A DNA stretch of 64,000 nucleotides from Eledone cirrhosa (Eukaryota), in assembly GCA_964016885.1 (NCBI GenBank), contig OZ024743.1:86800001-86864000 (forward strand), given 5' to 3'. This document shows positions 40,801-54,036 of this stretch, in pieces. The first letter of the stretch is position 1, and each line of letters begins with the position of its first letter. The notes under the pieces were generated by a model. The model was not told the origin of the DNA. It did no database searches and saw only the letters and a program-made list of their open reading frames with translations. A program made the position numbers and the translations under genes.

Positions 40801-41969
40801 CTTTCTGCAGTCAAAGCCCTTCTTGAAAATTATTCAGATGTCCTCAATTCTTTACAAGAGACAACAAATGAGTTTGGCACCAACATTGCATCCAGAGCTA
40901 ATGGTATTCTTACGTCTCTCTCTACAGGCCAATGTGTTCTTGGATTGCAGGTTGTAGTTCCATTACTTCAACTCATTGAAGGATTGAACAAATCTTTTCA
41001 AAGTACCACCGTAAATCTAGGTGGCATGTTGCATAGTGTCAAACTGGTGCAGGAGGAACTAACAAATCTACGTAGTGAAGAAAAATTTCAGGAGCTGTTC
41101 AATACAGCAGAAAAAATATTAACTCGATATTTCTCCTTTGGAGCTACCCAGGCAACGAAAAGTTCCTAAAAGATAACAGGAAGGAAATGCGTTAAAATAT
41201 CAACACTGCACTGTTTTGGATCATTACAGAGTGCAGTATTTGCATGTAGTTGATACTGCAATAGCAAATTTGAAAGATTTTTTTTTTCACAGGATTTAGC
41301 AGATTATGAAAAACTGAGCAATATTTTAGTCAATGGAAATTTTTGTGCTGAAGTGATCATACAGTATCCAGAGCTTGATGAATTTCTTTAAGGAACGAAA
41401 TACTTTTTTATAAAAATCATCGAGGATCATCGTAAAATATTCTGTGAAATGCAACCAGAAGTCCGTCGCATGTTTCCAAATGTTGAGCGATTGCTCAGGC
41501 TACTTTTAGTGCTTCCAATCAGTTCTTGTGAAGCTGAAAGATCTTTTAGCGCTCTGCGGAGACTCAAAATTTGGCAGCGATCAACCATGACTCAGCAAAG
41601 GTTGAATCATATTCTAATATGCCACGGTCACAGAGATGTTTTGAAAAAGATTAGTAGTGAAGAAGTTGCTAAATTATTTATAGACAGCAATGATGTGAGA
41701 TATACATTTGGAAAGTTCTAAAAGACAATAAATTTACTTTATATTTTTTTTATTCAAACATCTATGTTTTATTTTTATTTATTTGATATAATAAATTCTT
41801 TTTAAGCTTATTTTTTTATATTTGAACTTCATTTGAATATATAAAATTTAATTAGCGTAAAATTTTACTTATGTGATAGGGTCCGGGAAAGGCACCATAG
41901 GTAATACTAACATGCTCCAACAAATGTTGATTTGTCCCCTTCACATTTTAAAGGCAAACGAGGCCCCTG
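37805..41969 (+). mobile_element. Full-length but decayed hAT DNA transposon (ZMYM1/Tip100-like), inserted in (CATA)n
   Basis: TIRs caagggccttgttt and aaacgaggcccctg; flanks tagacata/catacata. An internal transposase remnant is present. Confidence 0.88.
39375..41721 (+). pseudogene. hAT transposase pseudogene
   Basis: Motifs VVCHTC, IIDGTQDIQGKEQ, QTYDGATNMAG, HYCGAH, TRWLTR and PISSCEAERSFSALRRLK...STMTQQRLN are spread across several frames with stops. Confidence 0.9.
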
Positions 41970-42124
41970 CATACATACATACATACATACATTTTCATTT
42001 AAGCTCTTCCTAAAATTCAAACCAATTGCTGATAGCAATGGATCGTTTGACCATGGGAGAACGTCCCTTCCACAAAAAGCGAAGAGAAGACGCTTCATTT
42101 TAGTCAGAATTGAACGGGGGCAAG

Positions 42125-42495
42125 GTACGACGGTCAGGTGGTAGCAGATTTCGGAAGATGGTCTCTGCACCGAGCTTGTGTGACATTTGCTGTATGGGAG
42201 GTGGCTCCATCCTGTTGGAAGGCCCACAGATACTCAAAATCATTAGTTGCAGAAGCAAGTATAGGCCCTAGAATACCATTTATGTAAGATTGGGAGCTGA
42301 TTTTTGTTCTTTCTTCCACAAAAATGAGAGGAGACTTCCCAGATACCCCCCCCCCCCCCCACCAACCATAACAGAAGCTGGTTTCATTGTATGGAATACA
42401 TGTTTTTGGTCAATACTGATTGTTGATAATTTTTTTCCAATGACTCGATCATTTCTTCGGGTGTGTGTCTGCTCAACAGTGGAAATCTTTTGAGG
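42125..42495 (-). mobile_element. Tc1/mariner transposase remnant
   Basis: KISSQSYINGIL...WAFQQDGATSHTANVTQ (FQQDGA..H motif). Confidence 0.8.
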
Positions 42496-42504
42496 AAAGG
42501 AAAA

Positions 42505-42670
42505 ACAATTATATCGACACCACTATTTAACTGGTATTCTATTTTATCGGTCTCAGAAAGATGAAAATAAAGCTGACCTGGTCAGGATTTGATCTCAGAA
42601 CGAAAATAGCCGGAATAAATACTGTTAAACATTTCTTCGGTGTTCTAACGACTCTGCTAACCCACCGTCC
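42505..42670 (-). mobile_element. Diverged Deu/Nin SINE
   Basis: actggtattctattttatcgg...ggatttgatctcagaacg. Confidence 0.7.
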
Positions 42671-42984
42671 TTGCCGTTATATTTAACGATGACATTTTAT
42701 TTTATCAAATTATATCTATCAGGTCCTTCCATCAAGACGAGGCAGGGCGGGACCGCAAATTGTTTTTTCACCTTTCTTCACCCCAAGACTGCTGAATTGC
42801 AAGGATATGGGTTATATTCAGACCGGAAACCTGCAATAGAGTATACCCAATACCCCGCCTCAAGGGTCTAGCAATAGTGTTAAAACATATCACTCGGTTT
42901 ATTGACCAATATTTACCTCCCACCCCTCAGAACACGACACAACTCACATAATAAATGCAATTTCTTTCTTGTGCAGCGTCTTTT

Positions 42985-43437
42985 CACCAACACCACCTCC
43001 ACCACCACTACCACCACCATCAGCACCGCCGCGCCGCCATACCGCCACTGCCATTGCCACCACCGCCATACCTACCACCCCCATTTCTTCCACCACCAGC
43101 ACTGTCGCCATTGCCGCCACCCCCAATGCCGCCGTCATCACCATCACCGCCATTGCCGCCACCACCGGCACCATCACCGCCACCGCCATTGCCACCACCA
43201 TCATTGCCACCGCCGTCGCCATCACCGCCATTGCCACCACCACCATTGCCACCACCGCCATCGCCACCACCGCCATCGCCACCACCGCTATCACCACCAC
43301 CACCATTGCCACCACCACCATCGCCGCCACCACCATCGCCACCACCGCCATCACCACCACCACCATTACCGCCACCACCATCGCCATCAACACCGTCACC
43401 ACCACCATTGCCACCACCACCGTCTCCGCCACCACTA
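42985..43437. repeat. Degenerate (CCA/CCG)n tract
   Basis: Directly visible. Confidence 0.9.
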
Positions 43438-44053
43438 ACAACCATTGATAGTTACCTTCACATCAGACAACAAAACATTAAATACACTTCTAGCAATAGA
43501 ACAATTTTCTTTCAACCTTCTCTCTGATATATTTATTTTGTCTTCCATTTGTTATTTTGTCTTTTAAATGTGTTTCATTTTCATATTTTTGACTTATATT
43601 TCAGTTTTACCTTCATAGTACTGAGAGAAAAAAACAACAACTGCAAGTTTAGAATGTAGTAGGATGATGTGATGCGTTGGTGGTGGAAATAAAGTTTAAA
43701 TCGACTGATTTAATCGATTCAGAAACCTAAAAATTCATGCCAACGGATATTACTTGAAATAAGTTATTTTTCCATTGAAAGGCAATTTTTTTTTTAGAGC
43801 TAAATATTATTTTTCGAAATTCTGTATGGCATATATATCGTTGCTATAGCGATGCTTCCCCGTAGATGGTGGAATCATAGGCATAGTTATTCTTTAATGA
43901 AGACACAATAATCTCATGTTTTCCATATACGGAGGAATAGTTCAATCTTTTCACGGCTAAGGCTTCTAATTAAAAAAACAAAAAATAACCGTTAGTTATA
44001 TTTACTTAAATTGTAAGTTTATCTTAAATCTTCAAATATGCGTTGTGTTCTAT

Positions 44054-44121
<68 letters not shown>

Positions 44122-44818
44122 CACACATATATATTGTAAGTTTATCTTCAAATAAACTTTGAAGATTTAAGATAAACTTACAATCTAAGTAAATATAACT
44201 AACGGTTATTTTTTTTCATATATTATTTTCATTGTTAAATTAATACCTAATATATATATATATATATATACATACATATATATATACATACATATACATA
44301 CATATATATATATATACACATACATATACATACATATATATATATATGTAGGAGGTGAGTTTTATTGCAGCACAATAAAGCAATGCAAATATCAGATAAG
44401 TAGCACTCCACAGTTTATAGGACTGGAGTATAAATAATATAAGATCAAAATCATATAAGATCAAAAGATGGTTAAAAGAGTTCCATGTATTTTATTATGC
44501 GCATTTCAAAAACACATGTATTTTATTATGCGCATTTCATCAGTCTTCTCTGTATTTTGGTTTTTTGATCCTTGTAGCTATTTTTGTTGTTGTTATTATT
44601 ATTATTATTATTGAGTCTGAACGGACGTCTTTTTCCTCGCTCCCGTAAGTTCACTTACTTACCTATCAAAACTGATTTATTGAATTTTGTTGTTGTGTAA
44701 GGCATACAAGCCCTTGGACTTTGTCCTGTGAAGGGGAAAGAATAATATTTGGCCCAAATATTTGAACTTTTTTATATTTTAAAAAATTATTGAGAACCCC
44801 CCCCCCAAAAAAAATAAC

Positions 44819-46797
44819 ATGGCTGAGCCACGCCCCCCAGCGATATGTCTGCTGTCGTGCGACAACGACATAGAAGTTTAGAGGAGCGCTATGGCGAAAT
44901 CAACAGATATTGATAACACAAATACCACCACAAACAAAGTAAACAAAGACACCAATGATACCAATGAGAACTCTAATTTTGAAAAAAATGACAGTAACAG
45001 CAACAACGAAAATACAGATAACAAAAAAAAAAAAAAAAATGACAAATACAACAACAATATCAACACCACTAACATGAAAACAAACAGCGACAACACCAAC
45101 AGCAACAATACCAACTGCACCGAGAACAACGGTGGCACCAAAGACAACAATGATAACAGCGACAGTGATAACAACAACACCAAGAACAACGACAACAACA
45201 TCCCCAACGACAAGAAGAAGAACACTTTCGCTGCGGCAGCAGCAGCCAAAAAGAGGCCATGCTTCAACATGGACCTCTCAAACAATGATGAAAAGTTGGC
45301 CCAGGCATGGAAGCTCATCAAGCAAGAACAAACCTGGGCCAACTTAACTGTCCCGGTAGAAGCTATTGAGGCAGTGGAGCGCAGAACGGTGCATTATAGA
45401 TGCATCTCAGCACAAATCAAAAGGGCAGCTTTAATCCCACAAGAAGATGTCGAAGTCGCGCTGAGGTGCATCAAAGAAGACACCCAGTACATAGAGAGGG
45501 GCAGACAGTACGGCACCATTTCGGTGTTGTTCAAGTCAGAAGCCCTCGCTATGAAACACGCTATGACTCCTTGCAAAACCAGCAAGGTCATAATGTGCCC
45601 CTCCCACATGGGAAAAAGAACGGCCCGTCTCCGCATTCCCAGAATCCCACCAGGACTTGACATGTGGTGGCTTCTGGGATGTGTGATTGTGGAGGGGACG
45701 GATACCGTCCCGATAGAAGTGACCAGAACGGCCAGAGAGGACTGATCCGGGGTTGACCTGGAGATCCTTCTCCAGATCAGGCCCGAGAATGTGAAGACAA
45801 TCACGGACCACATCCGCCTTCAGAATGGGACGGTCATTCATATTATGACCGAAGGCAAAAGGCCGCAGTGTTTTGTTTGTGGGGAAAAACCCATTTGCGA
45901 GCCTTCTGCCCTCAACTGCTGAAAGATGCAAGGGGTTGAAAGGCTCCACTGCTGCCGACGCCGGGGCGAGGACCACAAACAACACCAGCACCGGAAAAAC
46001 CACCAACAACAACATCAATAGAAAGACCACCACCAACATTGACCACCCAGGAGGTAAACGAGGAAAGCTGTCAAATCCCCCCCCCAAATACACACATCAA
46101 TAAAACCATAAACACACACACAGACACACTTACAGACACAGACCTCTCATCTACCAGTAGTGAAGATGAGGGAAAACCAAAATCCCCCAAAATACACAAA
46201 AGGAAACACAAAAAGAAAAAAAAAACTCAACAAAGCACAAAATCACCCACAATAAAAAACGCAGACACCATCCACACAAACGTCTCTCCAATAACACCAA
46301 CATCAACACCACCATCACCATCACCAGAATCCCCCAAACGCAAACAACCTAAACAGACGCAAGAACAAATATACACACAAACATCTGAAACCACAGACAC
46401 CGCACTCACAACAAACACAGACAGAACCGAAACAACACCACCAAAACCATCACCACCACAGCCACGCAAACAAATAAAATCACACCAACAAAACATACAA
46501 AACTTCGTGCTCGTCAGGAGGGCCAACAAGGAACTGATGGCCCTCGTAGCACGAAGTGAAAATATACAAAAAGAGGGGGACATTTTTAAATCGAGCACAT
46601 TTCCCGTGCCGGAAGATTTGTTTCTGGTGCGAATGTCGCTCGATTTATACAAAGCAATACGAGACAGCTTTCCTCGGGACGTGGGAACCCCGAACGTAAA
46701 ACCCTCTTCAAGACTTTTAAAGGGGTTCCCAAAAGAAACTCCACCAACTATGGAGGTCGAACCACCCGACCTTCACAAGAGCCCGGAAGGTAAGTAA
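44819..46797 (+). pseudogene. L1/Tx1-clade ORF1 (disrupted)
   Basis: Asn-rich N-terminus, TFAAAA motif and an RRM-like region. A frameshifted zinc knuckle CFVCGEK.HLRAFCP lies at ~45868-45912. It sits directly upstream of ORF2. Confidence 0.8.
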
Positions 46798-46829
46798 ACC
46801 TTTCCTCTCTCTCTTTTTAACCTGCCAAC

Positions 46830-49140
46830 ATGGCCGTATTAAGAGTAGAAAGTTTAAATGTTCGAGGCCTGGGATCGTCCTGGAAGCAGGGTCACCTGCT
46901 CAACGACCTCAGGTCTCTAGAAATGGATGTAATTGCCGCCAGCGAGACTAGGATTTCCGACACGCGCGCACTAACCCCCATTTTCGACGACTATCAGATC
47001 TTTGCATCTGTTAGCCGGACAGAAATGGGAGGCGGGCTGGCAGTGCTGTTTAGGAAAGGCCTGGATCTCGAGGTAAGGTCGATCTTCCGGGACCCGGATG
47101 GGAAGTTGGTGGTCCTGGACGTGAACAATAACGAAGGTGGTGCCTTTAGACTGGTGGCCGTCTATGCTCCTACTGGGGCAGGACGGCCGGACTTCTTTAG
47201 ACGCCTGGAAGCCTTTCTGGGTACGTTTCGCCCTTTACTGTTAGCGAGGGACTGGAACGGCATCTTAGACGCACGCTGGGACTGTGTGGGAGTATCCGAT
47301 AGGAGCGGGGGGTGCAAAAGCCTCAAGAACCTGATCAGCCAGTTCCAACTGTCTGACAGGTACCGACTAGATTTCCCTAATGCGCCAGTGTGGACCTGGA
47401 CTAACCACATAGGGTCATCTAGATCGTATATAGACAGAATATTCATTAGGAAAATAGACAGAAATAGTGTAAGCTGTCCACATTTTGAAACGGTCGCCTA
47501 TTCAGATCACAAGTTTGTGATCTGTATGGTCGACCTAGATAAGACGCGTAGGTTAGGACCTGGTTACTGGAAGCTAAACATGTAATTTCCGGCACGTAAG
47601 ACTTACAGGGACCAGGTCAACAATTTAGTTAAGAAAAAGTTGACAGGGATAGTCGTCAACAATAGATGGTGAGGGGCTCTCAAAAGAGAGATTAGAGTAA
47701 TGTCGATAGAGTTTAGCAAAGAAGTAGCGTTAGAGAAAAATAGAAAGGAGGGGGTGTTGATCGATAAGTTAGACGAGGCTATTGGTAGTGGCATTGCAAC
47801 TGACGTGCTAGCGGCGAGAATGGCATTAGACCATTTCTTCAATGCGAAACACGAAGGTTGCATTGTCAGAGCTAAGGCGGGTGCTCTGAGAAACGAGGGA
47901 ACCAAAGCTGTTCGATGGGCCCGCGTGGCAGAGGCGCAGCGTGGTAATAAAACCACGATTCGGTCTTTGACGGACCGAGACGGACACGAGCTGAGCGATT
48001 CCAAGCGGATATGTGAGGCCTTTCGCCAACATTTTGCTCGGTTGTTCGGGGGAAGTGGCGGGTCAGAGATGGTGGCGGACAGCAGTCCCTACCTCAATGG
48101 CTTGCTGCAACTCTCGACGGCTGACGTTGGGCGCTGCGAAAGGCCAATTACTTCAGCCGAGATTCAGGATGCCCTTGTAGGCTGCATGAGGCGCAAGTCA
48201 CCCGGTTTGGATGGTCTGCCCTACGAGCTTTACGTAAATATGCCAGACTTGTTCTCCAATCTCCTCAAAGCCCTCTACTGCAACTGGCAGCAAAACGGGA
48301 GTATTCCCAGTTCTGTGAGCCGGGGCGTAGTGACGCTGATAAGGAAAGACGAGAACAAGAGGGACACATTAGACAATTTCAGGCCCATAACTCTGCTCAA
48401 CACAGAGTTTAAGATTTTGGCCAGGGTGTTAGCGAAGAGGTTGGCGCTGGTCGTCGGGGATTTGGTTGGGGAGGCGCAAACTTGCGCAATCCCAACCAGG
48501 TCCATATACGACAACCTCCAAGTAATGCGATACATCATAGAGAGGGTAGGTGTAAACCTGGCTTCGGTGGGGCTCTGATCAATTTAGATCAATCGAAAGC
48601 ATTCGATAGGGTCGACCATCGGTACATGGAGGCTGTCCTCAAGGCGGCTGGCTTCGGCCCCGTCTTCAGAAGTTGGATCGCTGCAATGCCCAGCGGCACC
48701 TGCTCGATGGTCAAAATTAATGGCCACCTCTCGGAACCGTTTCAGGTCTCCCGATCGGTCCGTCAACGGTGCCCTCTCTCCTCCATTCTGTACGTATTGA
48801 CTCTCGAGCCTTTACTGCGGAAGCTGGAGCTGTTGCAGGGCATCCCGCTAGAACCGGGACGCGGAAAGGCTGTGTCGGCTTATGCGGACGAGATCACCGT
48901 GATGGTGTCGGACACCTCAGAAATCGAGGTGGTCGGCAACTTATTGGAGGAATATGAAAGGTTGACGGGAGCAAAACTTAACCCGGAAAAGTCAGTAGGC
49001 TTGCAACTCGGCACCTGAAGAGGCAAGTCCATGCCGTCCAACAGCGTCGTTAGGCGCTGGACAGATGGACCGGTAAAGTTGCTAGGGGTTTGGTTCGGGC
49101 CAGACCTCCAGGTGGATAAGAATTGGGACGAGGTGACGGG
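46830..49140 (+). pseudogene. L1/Tx1 ORF2 copy 1 (APE endonuclease + RT), 3'-truncated
   Basis: SLNVRGL, SET, VYAP, SYIDRIF, YSDH, PGYWKLN, KSPGLDGLP, FRPITLLN, DQSKAFDRVDH, SVRQRCPLS, AYADE. Stops and frameshifts present. Confidence 0.93.
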
Positions 49141-52100
49141 AGGGTAAGTTGGCGGTGATGGACGCGACCAGCGGAGACAGGCAAGCTTTCAGGCGAGTGG
49201 CCGTCTATGCCCCGACAGGAGCAGGGCGGCCTGATTTCTTCCGGCGTCTGGAAACCTTTCTTGGAACGTCCCGCTCTTTAGTGTTAGTGGGCGACTGGAA
49301 CGGGATCTTAGATGCACGCTGGAACTGTGTGGGATTAGCGGATAGTGGAGGAGGGTGCAAGAGCCTCACCAACCTGCTCAGGCGTTTTGAACTGTCTGAC
49401 AGGTACCGATTGGATTTCCCGAATGTGCCAATGTGGACTTGGACAAACCGCATCGCGTCATCCAGATCATATCTAGATAGAGTATTTTGTAGGGAAATAG
49501 ATAGGTCTAGCATAGGCTGTCCACAATTCAAGATAGTCAGCTACACGGACCACAAATTCGTGATCTGTGTACTTGACTTAGATAGGCTTCATAGACGAGG
49601 ACCCGGCTACTGGAAGCTAAACGCGTCCTTACCAGCGCGCAAGGCCTACAGAGACCGGATTAGCGAACTAGTTAAGCGGGCGTTGATGGGGCCATCGTCA
49701 ACAACAAGTGGTGGTTTGATCTGAAAAGAACGATTAGAATAGAGTCCATTAGGTTTAGTAAGGCTTTAGCTATAAAGAAAAATAGAACAGAGGGAGAACT
49801 AGTTAGAAAATTAGACGAGGCGCTTAGCAAAGCATCGCGACCGACGTACTTGCGGCGAAATTGGCCCTTGACCAATTCTTCAATGCAAAGCACGAAGGCT
49901 GCGTTGTCAGAGCTAGGGTGCGTGCTCTCAGACACGAGGTGACGAAAGCCGTTCAATGGGCCCGAGTGGCGGAGGCGCGTCGTGGCAACAAAGCCACAAT
50001 CCGGTCTTTGGTGGACCACGACGGGCGCATGCTACTCGATCCCGGGCAAATGTGTGAAGCTCTTCAGCGACACTTCGCTCAGCTGTTCGAGGGCAGCGGC
50101 AGGCCGGATCGAGGGAGGAACTTTGGTGTCTACCTCGACGGACTGCCGCGGCTCTCGGCCACTGAGGCGGAGTGTTGCGAAAAGCCGATAACAGCCGCTG
50201 AAGTACGGGAGGAAATGACTGGATGCACAAGGGGTAAATCGCCTGGTTTGGATGGTCTGCCCTATGAACTTTACGTACAGATGCCAGACTTGTTCGGAGG
50301 CTTCTTGGCGAACGTCTACTGCAACTGGCAACAGAACGGGAGAATTCCGAGCTCTGTGAGCCGAGGAGCGGTGGCGCTGCTGAGAAAGGATCCGAACAAG
50401 GGGGATAACATAGATAATTTCAGGCCCATAACTCTACTAAACACAGAGTTCAAGATTTTGGCTAAGGTGCTAGCAAAGAGGTTGGCGCTTGTCGTTGGTG
50501 GTCTGGTGGGAGAGGCGCAGACATGCGCCATTCCCGACAGATCCATCCACTACAACCTCCACCTCATGCGATACATTGTGGAGAGGGTAGCTAGGGAACC
50601 TGGCACGGGTCGGTCCTTGATCAATTTAGATCAGTCGAAAGCTTTCGATAGGGTCGACCATCGTCACATAGTGGCAGTCCTGAGGGCGGCTGGCTTTGGG
50701 CCCGTCTTCAGAGGCTGGATCGCTGCCATGCACAGCGACATCTGCTCTGTGGTGAGAGTGAACGGTCACCTTTCGGAACCGTTTAACATCAATGGCTCGG
50801 TGCGCCAAGGATGTCCCCTCTCGTCCCTCTTGTACGTATTGACTCTCGAACCATTACTGCACAAACTGGAGACGTTAAGGGGGATCCCGTGCGAACTAGG
50901 ATGCGGAAGATGTCACGCTAGTGGTATCGAACGTCAAACACATCGAGGCGATCGGCACTACACTAAGAGAATACGAAGCGGTGACAGGAGAAATGATCAA
51001 CCAGGAAAAGTCAGTGGGCCTGCAGCTCGGCACCTGGAGAGGCAGGTCCATGCCGTCCAACAGCGTCGTCGGGCGCTGGACGGACAGACCGGTTAAATTG
51101 CTAGGGGTCTGGTTCGGTCCGGACCTCCAGACGGACAAAAACTGGGACGAGGTGACGAGCAGGGTGGCTTCTCTCACCCAGAAATGGGCGGAGAGGAAGC
51201 TATCCCTGAAAGGTCGAACGGAGGTGTCTAACGCGTACATCGCGTCCGTCATCTACTACCGCCTGACCGTAGTACCTTGTCCTAAGCCCCGCCTGACTGC
51301 GCTGGAGCGTTTGCTCTTTCGCTTTTAGTGGAGGGGACGCGCTCCGATGGTCAGGCGGTCCATCTGCTGTCAACACCCGCTACGTGGAGGGCTGGGCATG
51401 CAGTGGCTGATGATGCGCAGACACGCGCTCAGGCTACGACATCTCCACCTCTTCCTCGACGGTGATCAGGTGTGGTCGCCGTTTGCTGGACGCGTCTTTC
51501 CCCAGCTCGTCTCCTTGACGGAGCTGCAGTCCTGGGTCAAGCGAAGACCGAGAGGGAGCGCTTGGAGACTGGAATGTCTTCAGGCGCTCACAGCCCTCGA
51601 CCAATCGGGCAATGTGATCGGTGGAAACTCCACCTTGGCGTTCTATAGGGGATTAGTGGAGGGGAAGAGCGACGACGTACTTGGGGAAACTCTAGGCGTC
51701 GACGAAAATCAACTAGCCAATCTCTTCGGAAGAACTTTTAAGCCGGGGCCTATGGACAACTTCCAGAAATCCCTGGCCTGGCAGTGCTACCGAGGAGCTT
51801 TGCTAGTTCGGGATAAACTCTTCAGGCAAAGAGGTGCCGTCAGCCGGGCATGTCCGAGATGCGCGCAGGGAGACGAAATCGTCCTCCACGCACTCGTCCA
51901 GTGTCCGAGTATTGCTGACTTGTGGGTTTATGTCGAACACCTGCCGTCGCGTGTAGGACGGATCCAGCTATTAGATGAGTCCATCGTGAGGATTGCCCCG
52001 CCCTCTTCCTTTAACCGGGAAGGGCAGGCAATTTTTATCTGTCTGGTGGCCATGGCGAAAGAGATAGTATGGTGGACACGTTTGAAAGGGCTGAAGACGA

Positions 52101-52410
52101 GCATTTACCTCTTCGGTGATGCCCTGATTAACTTTTTCAAATTTCATTTGAAAAGGAAAATCAGGGTAGAAAGGGAAGTGCTCTCTTCCCAGCATTTTGT
52201 TGAAAGATGGGTGAGAGAGGCAAGAATGGCCTCAGTATGTGTCTGTAAATTAAAGGTGGAAAACTGGGAGAGGGCACTTTCCCTGGTGGTCAGGGTCACT
52301 GTGGCTTTTCAATGGGCTTTCTCCACGAATGTCCCTCGGAAGTCTCCCCCGTATTGGGGAATTTTTCATTCTTATTTTTTTGTTACATCCTCTGTTTTTG
52401 TTTTTTACAC
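49135..52410 (+). mobile_element. L1/Tx1 ORF2 copy 2 (5'-truncated EN + RT + C-terminal zinc motif + 3'UTR)
   Basis: VYAP, GDWN, YLDRVF, YTDH, KSPGLDGLP, SVRQGCPLS, GGLG, CPRC...HALVQCP. Diverged from copy 1. Confidence 0.93.
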
Positions 52411-52439
52411 GCAGAAAATTAATCGGCTTTTCCTTCCCC

Positions 52440-52642
52440 CCAAATTGTTGTCATTGTGCATAAATCAGAAACCAATTGAGACACATAGCCAACAATCTGT
52501 GAGGGAGGGGAAAATCGCTTATATTGACACCAGTATTTCATTGGTACTTTATTTTTATCGACACCAGAAGGACGAAAGACAAAGTTGACCTCGGCGGGAT
52601 TTGTCCAACGCCCTAAAAAATCCACCAATCCGATCTGCCACC
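52440..52642 (-). mobile_element. Deu/Nin SINE copy
   Basis: ggtactttatttttatcgac...aaagttgacctcggcgggattt. Confidence 0.8.
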
Positions 52643-52651
52643 CTGTTGGGT

Positions 52652-54036
52652 GTACTCTCGTGTCTCGAATAATCGTACCTCTCACAGCTTATTAAATTTT
52701 GCTAATCTATCTCTGGAGAAATTTTATTTTAAGTGGTAGCATTCCTGCTACCACTTAAAATAAAATGTCCTTATACATTAAAACACATTGTTCATGACAA
52801 AAAAGTACATTACTAGAAATCCCATATGTTATAAAATAAATAGGATGGGTTGGATTCTCAATATGTAAACTAAACAACTAATTCTGGTTAAAAACAAAAT
52901 CAACGGAGACAACCTAGAAAAATTACCGACCATTACCACACCTCACTTATTCCACCCAAGAGTATCTAATAATCGTTCCTGTTTTTCGCACAAGGCCAGC
53001 AATTTCCCCAGTGAATTACTGGTGCTTTATTTTATCAACCCTGTAAAGATGAAAGGCACAGTTAACCTTGGCGTGATTTGAACTCAGCACGTTAAGGGCC
53101 ATCACTTTATGCTGCAAAGCATGGTGTCTGACGCTCTACCGATACTTCCGGCCCAAGAGAGATTATAAGTTATCTAAATCTGTCTGGAATGGAATCCACA
53201 AGAAAAACAAACCAAAGAGAATAACGTATGAAGTTCTATAAATATAGTCGGACACATGGAGGCCGATAAACTCTCTTTGAATTTAAAAATAAACGAAATC
53301 GTTATGCAAATCTGAAACAATTGACCTCCGTTGTTATTTACGATTGTGTATTGAAGCAAAATTATGTTCTGTTCTGGCAGTTAATAAACTCTTAACTAAT
53401 CGACACGTGCCGCCAATAATGATGGTAATGACGATGAACTTATATCACTTTTAGAATCCAGGATTGCTATGCTAAATATATCACGATTGCCGGATATATG
53501 AACAAAAATTATAACTCAGAAATTTGTGTTTTCAAATGGATGGTTTACATAAGCGAAACACTATAGTTTATGTTGATTATTGACATATTGAAGTGATATT
53601 TTAACAATGTATTTCTAGGATATAATGACGTAAATGTTCAGCATGTATGTACAAATGACGTACTCTCGGGTCTCCAATTATCGTACCCCCACGCTTATTA
53701 ATTTTGCAGATTTTTTCCACGACATCACTCTTATATCACCCCCGTTTATTAAATTTTGTTAATCTATTTCATTTTAAATGGTAGAATTCCCGCGACAATT
53801 AATTTTCTTTATATATTAAAACACATTATACATAAAAAAAAAACATTACTAGAAATACCATACGTTATAAAACAAAGAGGATGGGTTGTGGTCTCAATAT
53901 GTAATCTAAACAACCAATTCTGGTTTTTAATAAAATCAACGGAGGCAATCTAGAAAAATTACCGACACTTATTCCACTTATTCCAACTCCCCCACTTATT
54001 CCAACCCACCCCACTATTATTTTGGACTCGATAGTA
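52652..54036. mobile_element. Two copies of a MITE-like element (52652-52960 and 53660-54036) with an intervening SINE (52970-53152, -)
   Basis: Shared ~250 bp (acattactagaaat..cata.gttataaaa...ggatgggtt...tagaaaaattaccgac). The second copy has imperfect TIRs gtactctcgggtc/gactcgatagtac. Confidence 0.65.

Noticed and set aside
41449-41721. Domesticated ZMYM1/THAP12-like host gene
   Set aside because: It lies within TIRs, and the upstream transposase is riddled with stops and frameshifts.
53170-53570. Possible pogo transposase remnant (KFVFSNGWFT)
   Set aside because: A single short motif among many stops is insufficient support.
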